A DNA stretch of 64,000 nucleotides. Source: Trichoplax adhaerens. Lineage: Eukaryota > Animalia > Placozoa. Under the pieces are notes generated by a model. That model did no database searches. It worked only from the letters and a program-made list of their open reading frames with translations, and was not told where the DNA came from. Positions within the stretch are counted from its first letter, which is position 1, and every line of letters begins with the position of its first letter. The position numbers and the translations under genes are program-made. Positions 42,001 through 53,897 of this stretch are shown here, piece after piece. The stretch covers positions 3,723,309 to 3,787,308 of the forward strand of contig NW_002060947.1 in the NCBI RefSeq assembly GCF_000150275.1, read 5' to 3'.

Positions 42001-42055
42001 GCTTGGTGCTTACCCGTAAATTTCCTTTCACTCTTTGCTTGTTTTTATTGCCCAT
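30018..42055 (-). CDS. LTN1: E3 ubiquitin ligase listerin (ribosome quality control), many exons
   Basis: N-terminus [47 protein letters not shown] and [13 protein letters not shown]-terminal RWD region and RING: [47 protein letters not shown]. Confidence 0.96.
40500..40725. repeat. Degenerate tandem duplication (about 136-bp period) in LTN1 intron 1, with a further 36-bp copy near 41286-41321
   Basis: tacagtatcattta..ctatct..aacgtct..gaaaagtag at about 40522 and 40658; aaatgatcacagcaacttattatcataattttcatt at 40588 and 41286. Confidence 0.75.
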
Positions 42056-42246
42056 AATTCTACCAATTTATTCGTTGCTATAACAGCTTTAGATTACAGC
42101 CACAATAACAGCATAAATATAATGTCCTCAATAATATATAATGATGATAATAAGGAAACTATATGATAGCAGTTGGATCTTAAATGGTCTTCTGCTGCAC
42201 GGTTGCATGGACGACTAGAAATTTTCATGCGCAGTGATGCCACTAG

Positions 42247-42254
42247 TGACGTCA
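42247..42254. promoter_or_regulatory. Perfect CRE palindrome TGACGTCA about 190 bp upstream of the LTN1 ATG
   Basis: Exact match in a locally GC-richer patch of the LTN1/TIMM13 divergent interval; function untested. Confidence 0.4.
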
Positions 42255-42349
42255 GCGGTTGGGTGGATTAGGCCATCGAGGTGAGCCTCCACTGGTGTGT
42301 ATCAAAGTACGGTCAGTGTAGAAACGACACGTGCGCTCGTCCGGTCGTG

Positions 42350-42870
42350 TTGCTATACTGTACTATACTGTACTGTATACTGACCTTAGTGTCATTGCAA
42401 ATTTTTTTTTTCAGTATACAGTACAGTAGTCTCGCTAAAGTTGAAGAATTTGATAGAACTTCGTTGTTTCTGACTCTAAAAGTAACAATCATGGATTGAC
42501 AAATAATTCATTAACGATACTTATGTACGTGCAAATATCCCTGAAATTGTGTCACGTAGAGAATGACTTTGTACATTTACAATAAAATCTATCTACAGGT
42601 GTAAGCACAGTATGGTCTGTTGTCTGCTTACCTATGACCTGATTGGGGGTTGGCTCAGTTGACCCAATACCTGGCAATGAGTACAACTAGCAAAAGTCAT
42701 GTCATTACCACATGCTAATACGCATATGAAATATTGTCTACAGGGTGACATTTGGGGGGGGAGAGCGTTGCGACTAACCGTGTGCTGGTGCTGTACTGTA
42801 CAGTACATTTACAGGACAGGTTGAGTCCGAGAAATACAGTACAGTACTGTACTGTACACTGTACAATAAT
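42350..42870. repeat. CAGTA/TACTG tracts between LTN1 and TIMM13
   Basis: tactgtactatactgtactgtatac (42355-42380) and tacagtacagtactgtactgtacactgtaca (42835-42865). Confidence 0.7.
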
Positions 42871-43694
42871 ACTTAAGCATAAGCGCAGCTCCACCGCCTT
42901 CTTCCTCGTCTAGGTGAAATAGAAGCCTTCAAAATTGGTAATCCGATCAATTTTTTGGTTATGTTGCAATTTTATGAACAGCAAATAATAACATTCAAGA
43001 CTACAACAATATTTAAGTTTCATATTGAAATCTTGCAGTAATATACTGTACAGTAAACACAATCTGTAGTCAGAGTAGAGCACTTTTATTGCATGATGAA
43101 ATTGGATATTGCAGAAGTAATAACCATAGATAGCACTATTATTGAAATTCTTAATTTCGCTTTTGCAGTAAATAGAGCTGAGGTATAGGCTATCAACTGT
43201 ACAACGTATACTGCATAATATAGTTTATAAGTATCAAGCCTCATGTTAGAACTAATTTTACGTGCGATAGTAGCAAACGTGTGCTACAGACCAAGCACTG
43301 GAATACCGTCTTGAGATACATACTATATCTCCAATACTGCATGCTTCCAACAACTAATTCATCTCGCAAACGTTTTACTCATATGCTGAAAATTTCATTT
43401 TATTATTTCTGTAAAATTGTAACTTACAACACTTCTAATTGCACATCTTGACCTCAGACTATAGCTGTTTATTAATTGAATGAAAAATTAATGGTACGAT
43501 TAGTGCTAGGATTAGTAATTTTCGTCTTAACAGCATGAACGAGGTACAAAATTATGAACTAATTGATACACGGCCTACTGCATATTCGAATAGTGCTTAG
43601 TAATCCATAGCTAAACTAACTACAGAGTTGATATCAGTAACTATACATACATTGTAGTGATTACTTAAGGACTTCAATTGATTACAGCTGCAGA

Positions 43695-44493
43695 ATGGAT
43701 AACTATTCCAGTTCCTCTTTCGGTGGCGGTAGTATGACAAGCAGTCAAAAAGATCAGGTCTTACAGGAACTCAGAAGTCAGATCGCTCTGGCAAATGCTC
43801 AGGAATTGATGCAGGTAGTTATTAAAGTGTTGTTATACGAGCATATAAGATTGCGCTCCGCTTACACGCGCACATCGCCAGTAACAGTAAACCTTTAGCA
43901 ACGATAAAGAATATTCAAGTGCTGTTTTGATAGATCAGATACTGTATTGTAATCTAATTCTCTTATCATGCATTACAGTATTCTATAAGACTGCCTTGTA
44001 AATTACCCTTTAATTGTTTATGACTCTGTTATTCGTATACTTTTATCTTTATTGTTCATAGAAAATGTCAGAAAAATGCTTTAAGAAGTGTATATATAAA
44101 CCTGGAACCCAATTAGACAACTCTGAGCAGGTACAACAAAAGTATAACGTATCGACATGAATCTAGCTTCCAATTAGTATCAGAATGCAAAACTAATTGA
44201 TAATAATAGAATCATGGATATTTATTATTTTCAAATGATGTAGGTCATTTTTAACTTTACATGCTATAAATCGAAGCAAATTACAGTTTGTTTCATCCCA
44301 TTCATTTCTTCGTAAATGGTACAACTATTTACGGTATTAACTCCGTATCGCTACAGCTAATTAAACACCGTGTTTTCTATCCTAGAAATGTCTTGCCATG
44401 TGTATGGATCGATATATGGATGCGTGGAATACAGTTTCACGTACATATAATGCACGATTATCAAGAGAACATTCAAGTGGCGGCCTTCAATAG
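43695..44493 (+). CDS. TIMM13: Mitochondrial small Tim chaperone Tim13
   Basis: Exons 43695-43814, 44062-44130 and 44386-44493: [56 protein letters not shown], with twin CX3C motifs. Confidence 0.96.
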
Positions 44494-45963
44494 AAAGCTT
44501 GCGTTAGAAACTACTTCCATATCAAATACGCGTATATTGGCGTTAATCTCACTGTAATTTAACATGCTTCATATCGCGATGCTTATTCGTTCATATTACG
44601 AATGAGCGTGAATAACTTTTATGTAGAATTATAAACGCCATAGGAAGAACTTTCTTTGATATGTTACCGTTACATTGCGATACACAGTATATCACTTGGG
44701 CCATGAATTAATTTATCAACTGTATTATGCAGAGCCTATTGACTTCGTATGACACTTAACGTGATATCGTCGCTGAGCTGTATGCATAGTTTCTACCTTT
44801 CGAGCATGCAATCCTGCTGGTTGTCAATCTTATGATTCAATAAAAGCAATTATTGGTTTTCATAACGTTCTGGACTATTTAATATTTTTGCTCCTATTCT
44901 AGACTTACCAAGATAATAAGCATGTTCACTAATTAATACTAATATGCTTGTTCTATTTAGCTTTTAATTCGAATAATAAGAACTAAACCAAAAATAGGTA
45001 CTATGTACCGTTTAAATTAGTAATGGACCTATACTTTAATACGAAATCGTCCAAAGATTCTATTTCATGTTATTAAATATAATTATAATTATTGTAGGCG
45101 ATCTTCCATGCCTGTCTAGTATGATCTAAGATCCGTTATGATTATCATGTTCATGCACGCTTTCAAATTATTACAAAGCATTACTACATAAACCTGAATG
45201 TTATAGTGCTGTAAACAGGTAAACTTGAACAAGCTCTAAATCTGTGCCCGGCACTTGGAGAATCTTTTTCTCGTGATAATTCTGATTAAGCAACAACTAG
45301 TAAATAATCAAATTGTGCATATATTTTACTATATCAAATTCAATGCTTGTAATTACAATAAACAGCTACGTTATAAATTTTTCGTTATTGTTCTCCCATT
45401 GAGCACCACTTTCAGATTCCGTGAACTTTAGTTTTCATCATATGTTTAAAGTGATAAAATTTGGATCTTATCGATAAAATTATACACCAATACATCAAAA
45501 ACATTTTAGGCTGTAATAGCTCCTATGATGCATAATTAACGTTATATCAAAGTAAAAGCTAAAAAATATCAATAATTGTAAAAATAAAAAGCAAAAGCAA
45601 CGTGCAATACGCATTCAAAGGTCATATAAATATTGGATAGTTTCTGTATTTATGAGTAGAGAAACTATAAATTGTAGCAATAAAAATATTGATATGTGTT
45701 AAAGCTACTGTACCCACATTGAAGGAGTAAGAGCTATTTTTCGGTTATTTTTCTAGTTAGATAAATGTACTGTACTTATAATATTACTAATGAACGTTTT
45801 ATTATCCATAATCCCAGCAATCGTTTTTGTAAAGTCTTATTTATCTAACTTCATGCATCGCATGCTTTACAAATTTTTAAATTTAATTCGAACAGAAAAC
45901 AATTGCAGCCCTAAGCCTGAACAATTACAGAAAAATAGTTCGTATAACATCAGTCCATTTAAC

Positions 45964-48900
45964 TTAACATGGATAAACCTTCTCTCGAATTCGATCTACG
46001 TCAACTTGCATAGTAACTCTCAATTTTTTTTCTTCGTCTATCTCTTTTCTTAATGAATTCACAGTTAACTCAAAATTTTTCCTCATTTGCTCTATTATAT
46101 CCTGTAAACTCTTAATTTCAGCCTTCAACGCGGTAACTTCCTCCTGTTTCGCTTTAATATCACCCGTGAATATATTCTCAGATGTTTTGGCAAGTACGGG
46201 TTCTTTAATGGGTTGAGGAACTGAATAGCCTGAAGTACTTGAGGTACTTGAGGATAGTTTCGGTTTTCTTGGTGGCAATGTTTGTGATTTAATCTTTGCT
46301 TCCGTATTTGAAGTATCAACTTGCGGTGATCTCATTGGTTTCTAGTAGAAACATGTAAAGAAGTAAAGAATGTAGTTATCTTGGCTAATTTTCATAGTTC
46401 TGTACCGAATATCTATGTCGAGAAAGTCTGATAAAGTATTACGGCTAAAAGATCAAATCTTATCAGCATCTGCAAATACCTGATAAACCATTGGCAGTAA
46501 CGATAGCTGAAATATACTTAAATATTGATGCTATAATTTCGAAACGCACCTTCATAAACTTTGACCATGGAGGAAGATCTTGCTTACAATCACGATCATT
46601 TTCTTTCAATTTTTCAGAGGATTTTTCAACGCCGCTCAAAATAGGTCCTTCAGACTTTTCAGGCTTTTCAGGCTTTTCAGGCTTTTCAGGCTTTTCAGGC
46701 TTTCCAGGCTTTCCAGGCTTTCCAGGCTTTCCAGGCTTTTCGGGCTTTTCGAGCTTCTCAGGCTTCTCAGAATCAGGTATAGACTTCTTAGACTTACTTG
46801 TTTCATCTTTCATACCATCGAAAACATCCTAGATATGGTATCAATTCAAACAGTACTTCAATTAGAAACAGTTTTAGCGCTTTACAGCAAATGATAAAGT
46901 AAGGTTAGTAAGTAGTAAGTGCCAACATAAAGATTTATTTCAAAATTCTGCGTTACTGCGATCTATACCGCTCTCCTTAAATTTCATGCATTTTAAATAT
47001 ATCTTACTAACATCGGTAACATCATTGTGAAGACTGCTTCTCGAAGGAGGAGTAGATTTTGCTTTCATAGGTCTACTTCTTGTCAGATTTGGCAATACGC
47101 TTATTTCATTCACATCATCAAAAGTGATATTGCCTAAGAATGATACATAGGCAGTATTTAGATAGTTATAACTTTAAAAATGTATAATTCCTGTACAATA
47201 GTATCAGTAATACTGTACTGCCAAAGCTAATTGAATAACTTTCAAATAATGCACTATTATGATTACTGCAAGCATTGCAGCGCTTTTCCTTGGTAAGACA
47301 AGAGAACAATTAATCATCACCTTTATCTGAAGGAGGAGCCGCTAATGGAGTCCGAATAATATCTGATTGCTTGTATTCCTAAAGATAAAATCTCATAATT
47401 ATTCTACTGTTCTATTAAATTTATACTTCTCAGATTGCAATGTTATGTTACACCTCAAGACGTAAATATTGCAAAATTTTGAGGATTTTTTAAGACGTAT
47501 TCATAGGTTCACAGTTACAAAATGACGCACATTATCAGCCGCTTCCTCTACGATGACCTTTATAAAATTATTCGGGAAAAGGCCTTCCTTTCCATTTAAT
47601 GATCCCCTCCACCATCCCTCCATAGCATCTTCGTCAAGAACGGTAATAATATCACCTTCAGAAATGTCTAGCTCGTCTTCTCGTTCAGCTTTATAGTCGT
47701 ACAGGCACTGGCATTCTTTCTTCTTCGATTTATCTACTATCAAAAGACATACTACTATTAATATTCTATAACCATTTAACACAATTTAAACAGGAAAGAT
47801 TTCTATTATGTAGAAAGCTAACAATACATGATCAAATATTTAGTACGTCCAATTCTTAATAACATTATAAGAAAATTATTTACCGGGAGGCCTACTCGGC
47901 ACAACAGGCGTAGCATCCTAGAAATTAAATTTATAGTTAATTCAATTTAGAATAATTATAATAGATCAACAGTAATAACATAGTCGTTATAGCTGATACT
48001 CCTAGTAGTGCGTGCTATCTATAACATAGAAATAAACCACAGATTTAAATATCTAAATAAAGCATAAACAGTGGCACAGTATTATAAACAAAGTACTACG
48101 ACCGGTTATTGTTACTGGATTTGATTTTACTTGTAAACAAAAGAGTAATCTAACGCTATACACACAACTCACACATTCTAGCAATAATATAATATTTTGT
48201 TCATATCACACATATATTATAAGGACGGTATCGTACAATAACTAATATTGATTAGGATTTCTTAATACATTGATATGTACTATACAGTATATACTCGTAC
48301 AGCACATTAATAGTATAAAGAAATATAATGCTGTAGTGAATACCTTCCTATCTAGCTCTTCTGCCCTCTGCTGTACTTTCTGTAGCAATGGACTACCCTT
48401 GGAGTCAGCAAAAATATTGCCAAAACCTGGAGTATTCAATTTACTTTTAGCTAAAATATTAAAGAAAAATTTAAAAAATCAACCCAAAGACCGTCATTTA
48501 CTGTTTTGGTAGCATAAAAATTTATTATACAGATCTTGAAGAGAGATCATACATTAATTAAAGCTTCATGCTAATTTTTAATGTAAACACTATGTGTACA
48601 TATGTGTACAGAATACTCCAAATGTAAAGAAACAAGTAATTATAATCAAAAAGTTTGGCACAACTAATATAAACATCTCCATCAAACTGGAAATCATTAT
48701 AAGGATAGACTTTGAAATAACTATTTCTGTATTGCTTGAATCCTTTGGATGTAATCGGTGTATTACACATTGGTGAAATACGCATACATTTACAGCAGTC
48801 CATAAGAAAACTTACGGGGTTTTGCTGGTGGAGGAGGTGCAGGTGCTCGATCATGCTTTTTTACGAAGGTAGCTGGAAAAAGTCCAATTTTACCTCGGAG

Positions 48901-49025
48901 TCTTCCGATACACCAGTCTTCCGAGTCCCATTTGACAACACTTATAATGTCACCTTCCCTAAATGAAATCTCATCGTCATCTTTAGCATCATGGTCGTAC
49001 TGTGCCTTGACTAAATCGCCAATAG
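45964..49025 (-). CDS. CD2AP/CIN85 (SH3KBP1)-like adaptor: two SH3 domains, Pro-rich region, CPI-like motif, C-terminal coiled coil; start exon not resolved (upstream of 49025)
   Basis: SH3 VKAQYDHDAKDDDEISFREGD..W..GKIGLFPATFV (about 48813-49025); GFGNIF linker; SH3 CQCLYDYKAEREDELDISEGD..GWWRGSLNGKEGLFPNNFI; LPNLTRSRPMKAKSTPPS; LRKEIDEEKKLRVTMQVDVDRIRE. Confidence 0.85.
46650..46772 (-). repeat. Coding 9-bp repeat (EKP/GKP)n within the CD2AP-like gene
   Basis: (ttttcaggc)/(tttccaggc) about 13 times; SEKPEKLEKPEKPGKPGKPGKPGKPEKPEKPEKPEKPEKSE. Confidence 0.9.
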
Positions 49026-51871
49026 CTAAAACAAGTAGAAAACCATTACTTGATAATTAAATACGTACACAACTATCTTGATGAGTAGCTTAATGCAGAA
49101 AATATAAAATTAACATATTGCGTTTGGGCTTGTTACGAGACAAGTTATTAAGGAGAATGTAGTAAAAGTGCGTTTAAGACTAATTTTATTGTTAAAGCTA
49201 CTAAAGTACGTACATATGCACACATCAAAATAATTTACATTATTACATATCAATATGAGAATGCCTACTCGTATATAGTTAACCTTTTAATCTTTTAATA
49301 AGCAAATCTATATCTATTGCTACAGTACATCTTCTGTCATACATACTCATAACAAATCATAATTAGTTATCACCAATGCAATAGTTAACAATAATATAGA
49401 CTCAATTGCTATAAGCGATAGTGCTACAACACAAAATTGCGAAATGTATCCTTTCGACTTAAAAAAATAAAAAATAATAATACAATCAAGGTTTACTATC
49501 TCCTAGCTTATGCTGCAAACTATTTCTAGGCTCGGCACAACCCAGCCATTTTAAACTTTGCTTTGTTTCTTCAAAAGTTGCTTTATTAAAATTAATCCTC
49601 GAATAATACTGTAGGTTGAAAACTGTTTTAGTACTGTACAGTATAATGCGGCACTCAGATTGCCATGACACCATGACCATATTAACCAAAACACCTAGAA
49701 GCAACACAATTCTGATCCTACCATCACATCAATGCAGTGCCCATGATGCACGTAGAACTGTGAATTACTAGAAATGCTACGGTCAATAGATGTGCGTATG
49801 TACTAGGCAAAACAAGGCGCAGTGCTTTTCCTGACAAGATATGTTGAGTGTAGACTATATAAAGCGCACAATGCATCAGTAGACAGTTCCGGATGGTACC
49901 GAAAATAGCAAAGCCAATCACTTTACAGCAATACATTTAAGAATAATCCATTTACGTACTGTATTCATTATTCCCTTTCTCCTTACAATCATTGCTAAGT
50001 ATACTATACTGTACTATGGTATATCGAGAGAGAGAGAGAGAAACAGTTCCGGATAGCACCGAAAGTAACATCAAGTCTATCACATAAATACAGTCAAGAA
50101 TAATTAATTGATTACATCCACAATATACAGTATTAATGGATGATCTATTATTCATCTTTCTCTTACAATCAATAATACTAAGTACGGGTATATTATACAG
50201 TACACTGTACTAATTAAGACTGATGAAATTTTAATATCAGTAAACTAAACTCGCGCGGTAGATCATCAAATCTTAACGTAGTTTAGAATACAACAGTACA
50301 GGATACAAAGTTAGAGACGGAAGTGGCAACCTTTGGTCTAGACTAAAGTATTCATCTAATCTAGACATGTACATTGTACAGTAGATAGTCATTAGAAACG
50401 GCTACGGTAACCGATCGAAAAAATGCAAGCCAAAGACAAATACATTTCTAATGATTAAGTATTCATTTGCATGTTTGTTTCATCTTTCTCTACTGTTGAT
50501 ATATGAGTAATGTACTATAGAGATTGAAAAATTATCCAATCTTTTAAAATTGTTATTCAATTGAAATATGAGATGGCAAAACTGGCAGGAAAACTGAAAT
50601 GTCCATGGTGTGCAGTATAGGCTGTACTGCATACTGTACTGTACAGTATGGTCGATGTTAACACACATTTAAAGTACTGTACAATCAGTACAGTACAGTA
50701 CTTTAAATCTAAATCTACAGTACTGTACAGTATAATCAAGTACTGTACAGTACTGTACTGTACACTACAAAGTCGAACGCCCATCCCATCAGTCCGCAGC
50801 CGATCTTGTAGAGCTTTTTCCATTTTCAGGTAAAAAAACACAATGTCGAGGTAAAGCTACGGGCTGCATAAACTAGATCGTATTTATACCTATCTTCTAT
50901 GATAGAGTTCTACTCAATGTGCTGACTGGCACGCATAAAGCGAAGGCTGGTAGATTCACACAGAGGAAGCGAAAGCTATGAAATGCCAGTGTAGTATTTT
51001 GATTTAATTTCGGATATTAAATTATCATTTACAGATAGTTACGAAAACAGCCAAATCAATGTAAGATATCACACAGTTGCATCTTTACTTAAGTAGGGTG
51101 TCAATGTGTAATGGTTAATAACTTTCAAAAATAAGAATATAAAATCATTGTCAATGAAGAACGATCTAGAAATTTATAATCCGCGTACGGTTACAGATAT
51201 ACGTTTGTGAGCTCTAATGCTTGAACTCACATTTGCCCAGGCACCATTTCAAACTCTCTTTTATCCATTTAACAAGATAGCAGTTGATCCATTTTTGATC
51301 GGATAGTGTACTATACTGTACTGTATACTATCAGCTCTACTCTAATTTATATAGGATATGATAATATGTCAACATTTTGGTCAAAGAGATTGAAAGGAGT
51401 CAAAATAAAATGCATACGACTCGTAAAAACCAAGTCACGAACGAGTCCCTGCAAAGTGTCAATTTGGGGTATTATTAAAACGGAAGTCAGTATCTTACCA
51501 AACATTTTCCTTATATGATGCCCAGCCTTTTTATTGAAAATAGACTATCGCTGTCCAAGCTGTTGTGATCTAGAACTATTGCTACAATGAATTATACAGT
51601 TTTCGACTTTTTGATACTAAAATTGGACTTGAATGAATTGGATAGGAACCTCCACCGCTGTTGATTTTAATCAACCAGAAGCCAGTGGGCGATCCACAAA
51701 GTCTGCAGTCCCTTAACCAACGATATTGTTGTACTAAAATACGAGACTAGACAAGGCAAAATACGCCACGGGTGCAAAGACTGTAACATTGATATAAGTT
51801 TGTATCAGACTACAATACAGTACTGTACAACGTACTGTATAGACATACTGTATACAGTACTTTTAGTCACA

Positions 51872-52544
51872 CTAGTACTGCCGTCGCTTTGCTGACGGTT
51901 TACGATAATGTGCCCATTTGTTAATAATTAATAGATAGTATTAACCATGTGATAATGTATCCATTTGTTAATAATTAATAGATAGATAGTATTACCATGT
52001 GATAATGTGCCCCATTTGTTAATAATTAATAGAGATAGTATTACCATTGATAATGTGCCCATTTGTTAATAATTAATAGATAGTATTACCATTCGACATT
52101 ATATCTATCTACACTTTTACAGTACTGTACATGTACAACGTACTGCATACTGTACACTTGTACAGTACAATACAGTACTGTACTTTTAGCCACATTACAG
52201 TACAGTACAGCGTATGTACAGTGTAAAGTACTGTAATATCTCGGTCGGCGGAGCGACAGACGTTTTAGCTAGTACAGTAATGTACAGTAATTAATTCATT
52301 ACTAACCCTAACTATCGCGGCCTACAATGACGTCTCAACTGTGCGCTGGACTAACAACATCATTCGGCTTACAAAAATACTACTTTGGTATGTCTGTCAG
52401 GGACTACTCAAGAACAAATTTTACCTCTCAACTCCTTCTCCACATTCCCCGCTGTTCCCAACTACAGTACAGTACAGTATTACATGCTGTAATATTGAAA
52501 GGGGTCTGTCTGTACGTCTGTCTGCCCGACAGACTTATTACTAA
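51872..52544. mobile_element. Cluster of putative non-autonomous Helitron-like fragments
   Basis: Three GC-rich hairpins, each followed within about 5-12 nt by CTRR then T: minus strand ending CTAG 51872-51875; plus strand ending CTAG 52269-52272; plus strand ending CTAA 52541-52544. No Rep/helicase ORF is present. Confidence 0.4.
51904..52093. repeat. Minisatellite, 4 copies of 47-50 bp
   Basis: gataatgtgcccatttgttaataattaatagatagtatta(a)ccat starting at 51904, 51951, 52001 and 52049. Confidence 0.95.
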
Positions 52545-53244
52545 TTAATTATTAGCACTTGATTACGCTTATCCAGTTTTATGTAGTCTGTAGTCTGTAC
52601 TATGTATAGTACTGTACTAGTCTCAATTTGTACCATCTGTACTAGACTACTAGAAGCAGACCTGGACTGATCAGTAATTTTAAATTAAATTAAATTAAAT
52701 TAATTAATTAAATAAATTAAGAAATATCGAAAAATAGCTACTTAGTATGGATCTTTCGTGTCTGTTTTCTAATCACTGGTACTAATTTTAATACCATTTA
52801 CGATCTTATACGACTGTTTCTAAGCAGAATTTACTCACGGATAATAAGATTTAACGTAATATTACTTCATTTCGAAAAATGAGTCTCTATCAAATCGATC
52901 GTTTGCATACTAAAGTACTGTCATACCCAAGTGCTTGGAAAAATCGTCTATCTTGACGAGATGACAAGAATGGGAACTCCCCTCTCTTAGAAGCAGACCA
53001 TGTTATGCCGCACATACTGTAAGTACTACTAGTAAGTACAGTACAGTATTGCCCATTACAGTTCAGTACTGGGCAGTCTGGTACATCACAGCCATGGTAT
53101 ATGGACCTCTAGAACGATTACAGTTACTATATATCTGTACTGGATAATAATTTCACTTCACTACCGCCATGAACGTCTTGTTCAATGTTCATTTACCTGT
53201 ACTTGCAGATTTCAGGTAGAAATGGCCTACCCTGAGTCCTTCAT

Positions 53245-53875
53245 ACAATGTACTGTACTGTACACTGTACAGTACTGTACATCAGTAATACTACACCTAC
53301 AGTACAGTATTGTACAAGACACTACTGGAAGACCGCTGACTACACTAGTAAAATTCTCAAATTTCAGTTGTCCATGCTACAGTACTACTGTACCGTACAC
53401 TGTACTGTACAGTACACTTATTAGGCTACAACCAAATATAGAATTTATCTAGTTTGGGCCTGATTTAGCCTATACAATTATATGTTTTCGGGGTGCCATC
53501 GAAAATAATCACACTTGTACTGTACAGTGTACAGTACATTAGGCCCAGCCATTCTATTACGTACAGTACTGTATAACCCCGATTACCCAGATACTCAGCG
53601 TAAATATACTCTACTGAGTGTACAGTACAGTACTGTACAGTGTACATTAATTAATTTCAGAGGTTAACCCGTCAGTTAACCTCTGATCGGCTACTTGTCA
53701 AACTTGTCAAATGATTTGACTGCATGTTTCATCATTCATTTATTTACAGTACAGTACAGCACAGTACAGTACTGTACATTACAGTAAATTGCGTACAGTA
53801 TACTGTACACTGTACCGTACAGTATACAGTACTGTACTGTCCGAGAGTCTGGCTCTACAGTACTGCTGTACTCGG
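53245..53875. repeat. CAGTA/TACTG tracts upstream of FDX1 (further tracts at 50620-50765, 51810-51865, 52120-52235)
   Basis: tacagtacagtacagcacagtacagtactgtac..tactgtacactgtaccgtacagtatacagtactgtactgt, ending shortly before the ATG at 53898. Confidence 0.8.
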
Positions 53876-53897
53876 TCTCTGCATACAGTTATCAGCG

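Noticed and set aside
46491-46894. Plus-strand FSG/FPG and LFR repeat ORFs
   Set aside because: Antisense shadows of the EKP/GKP coding repeat.
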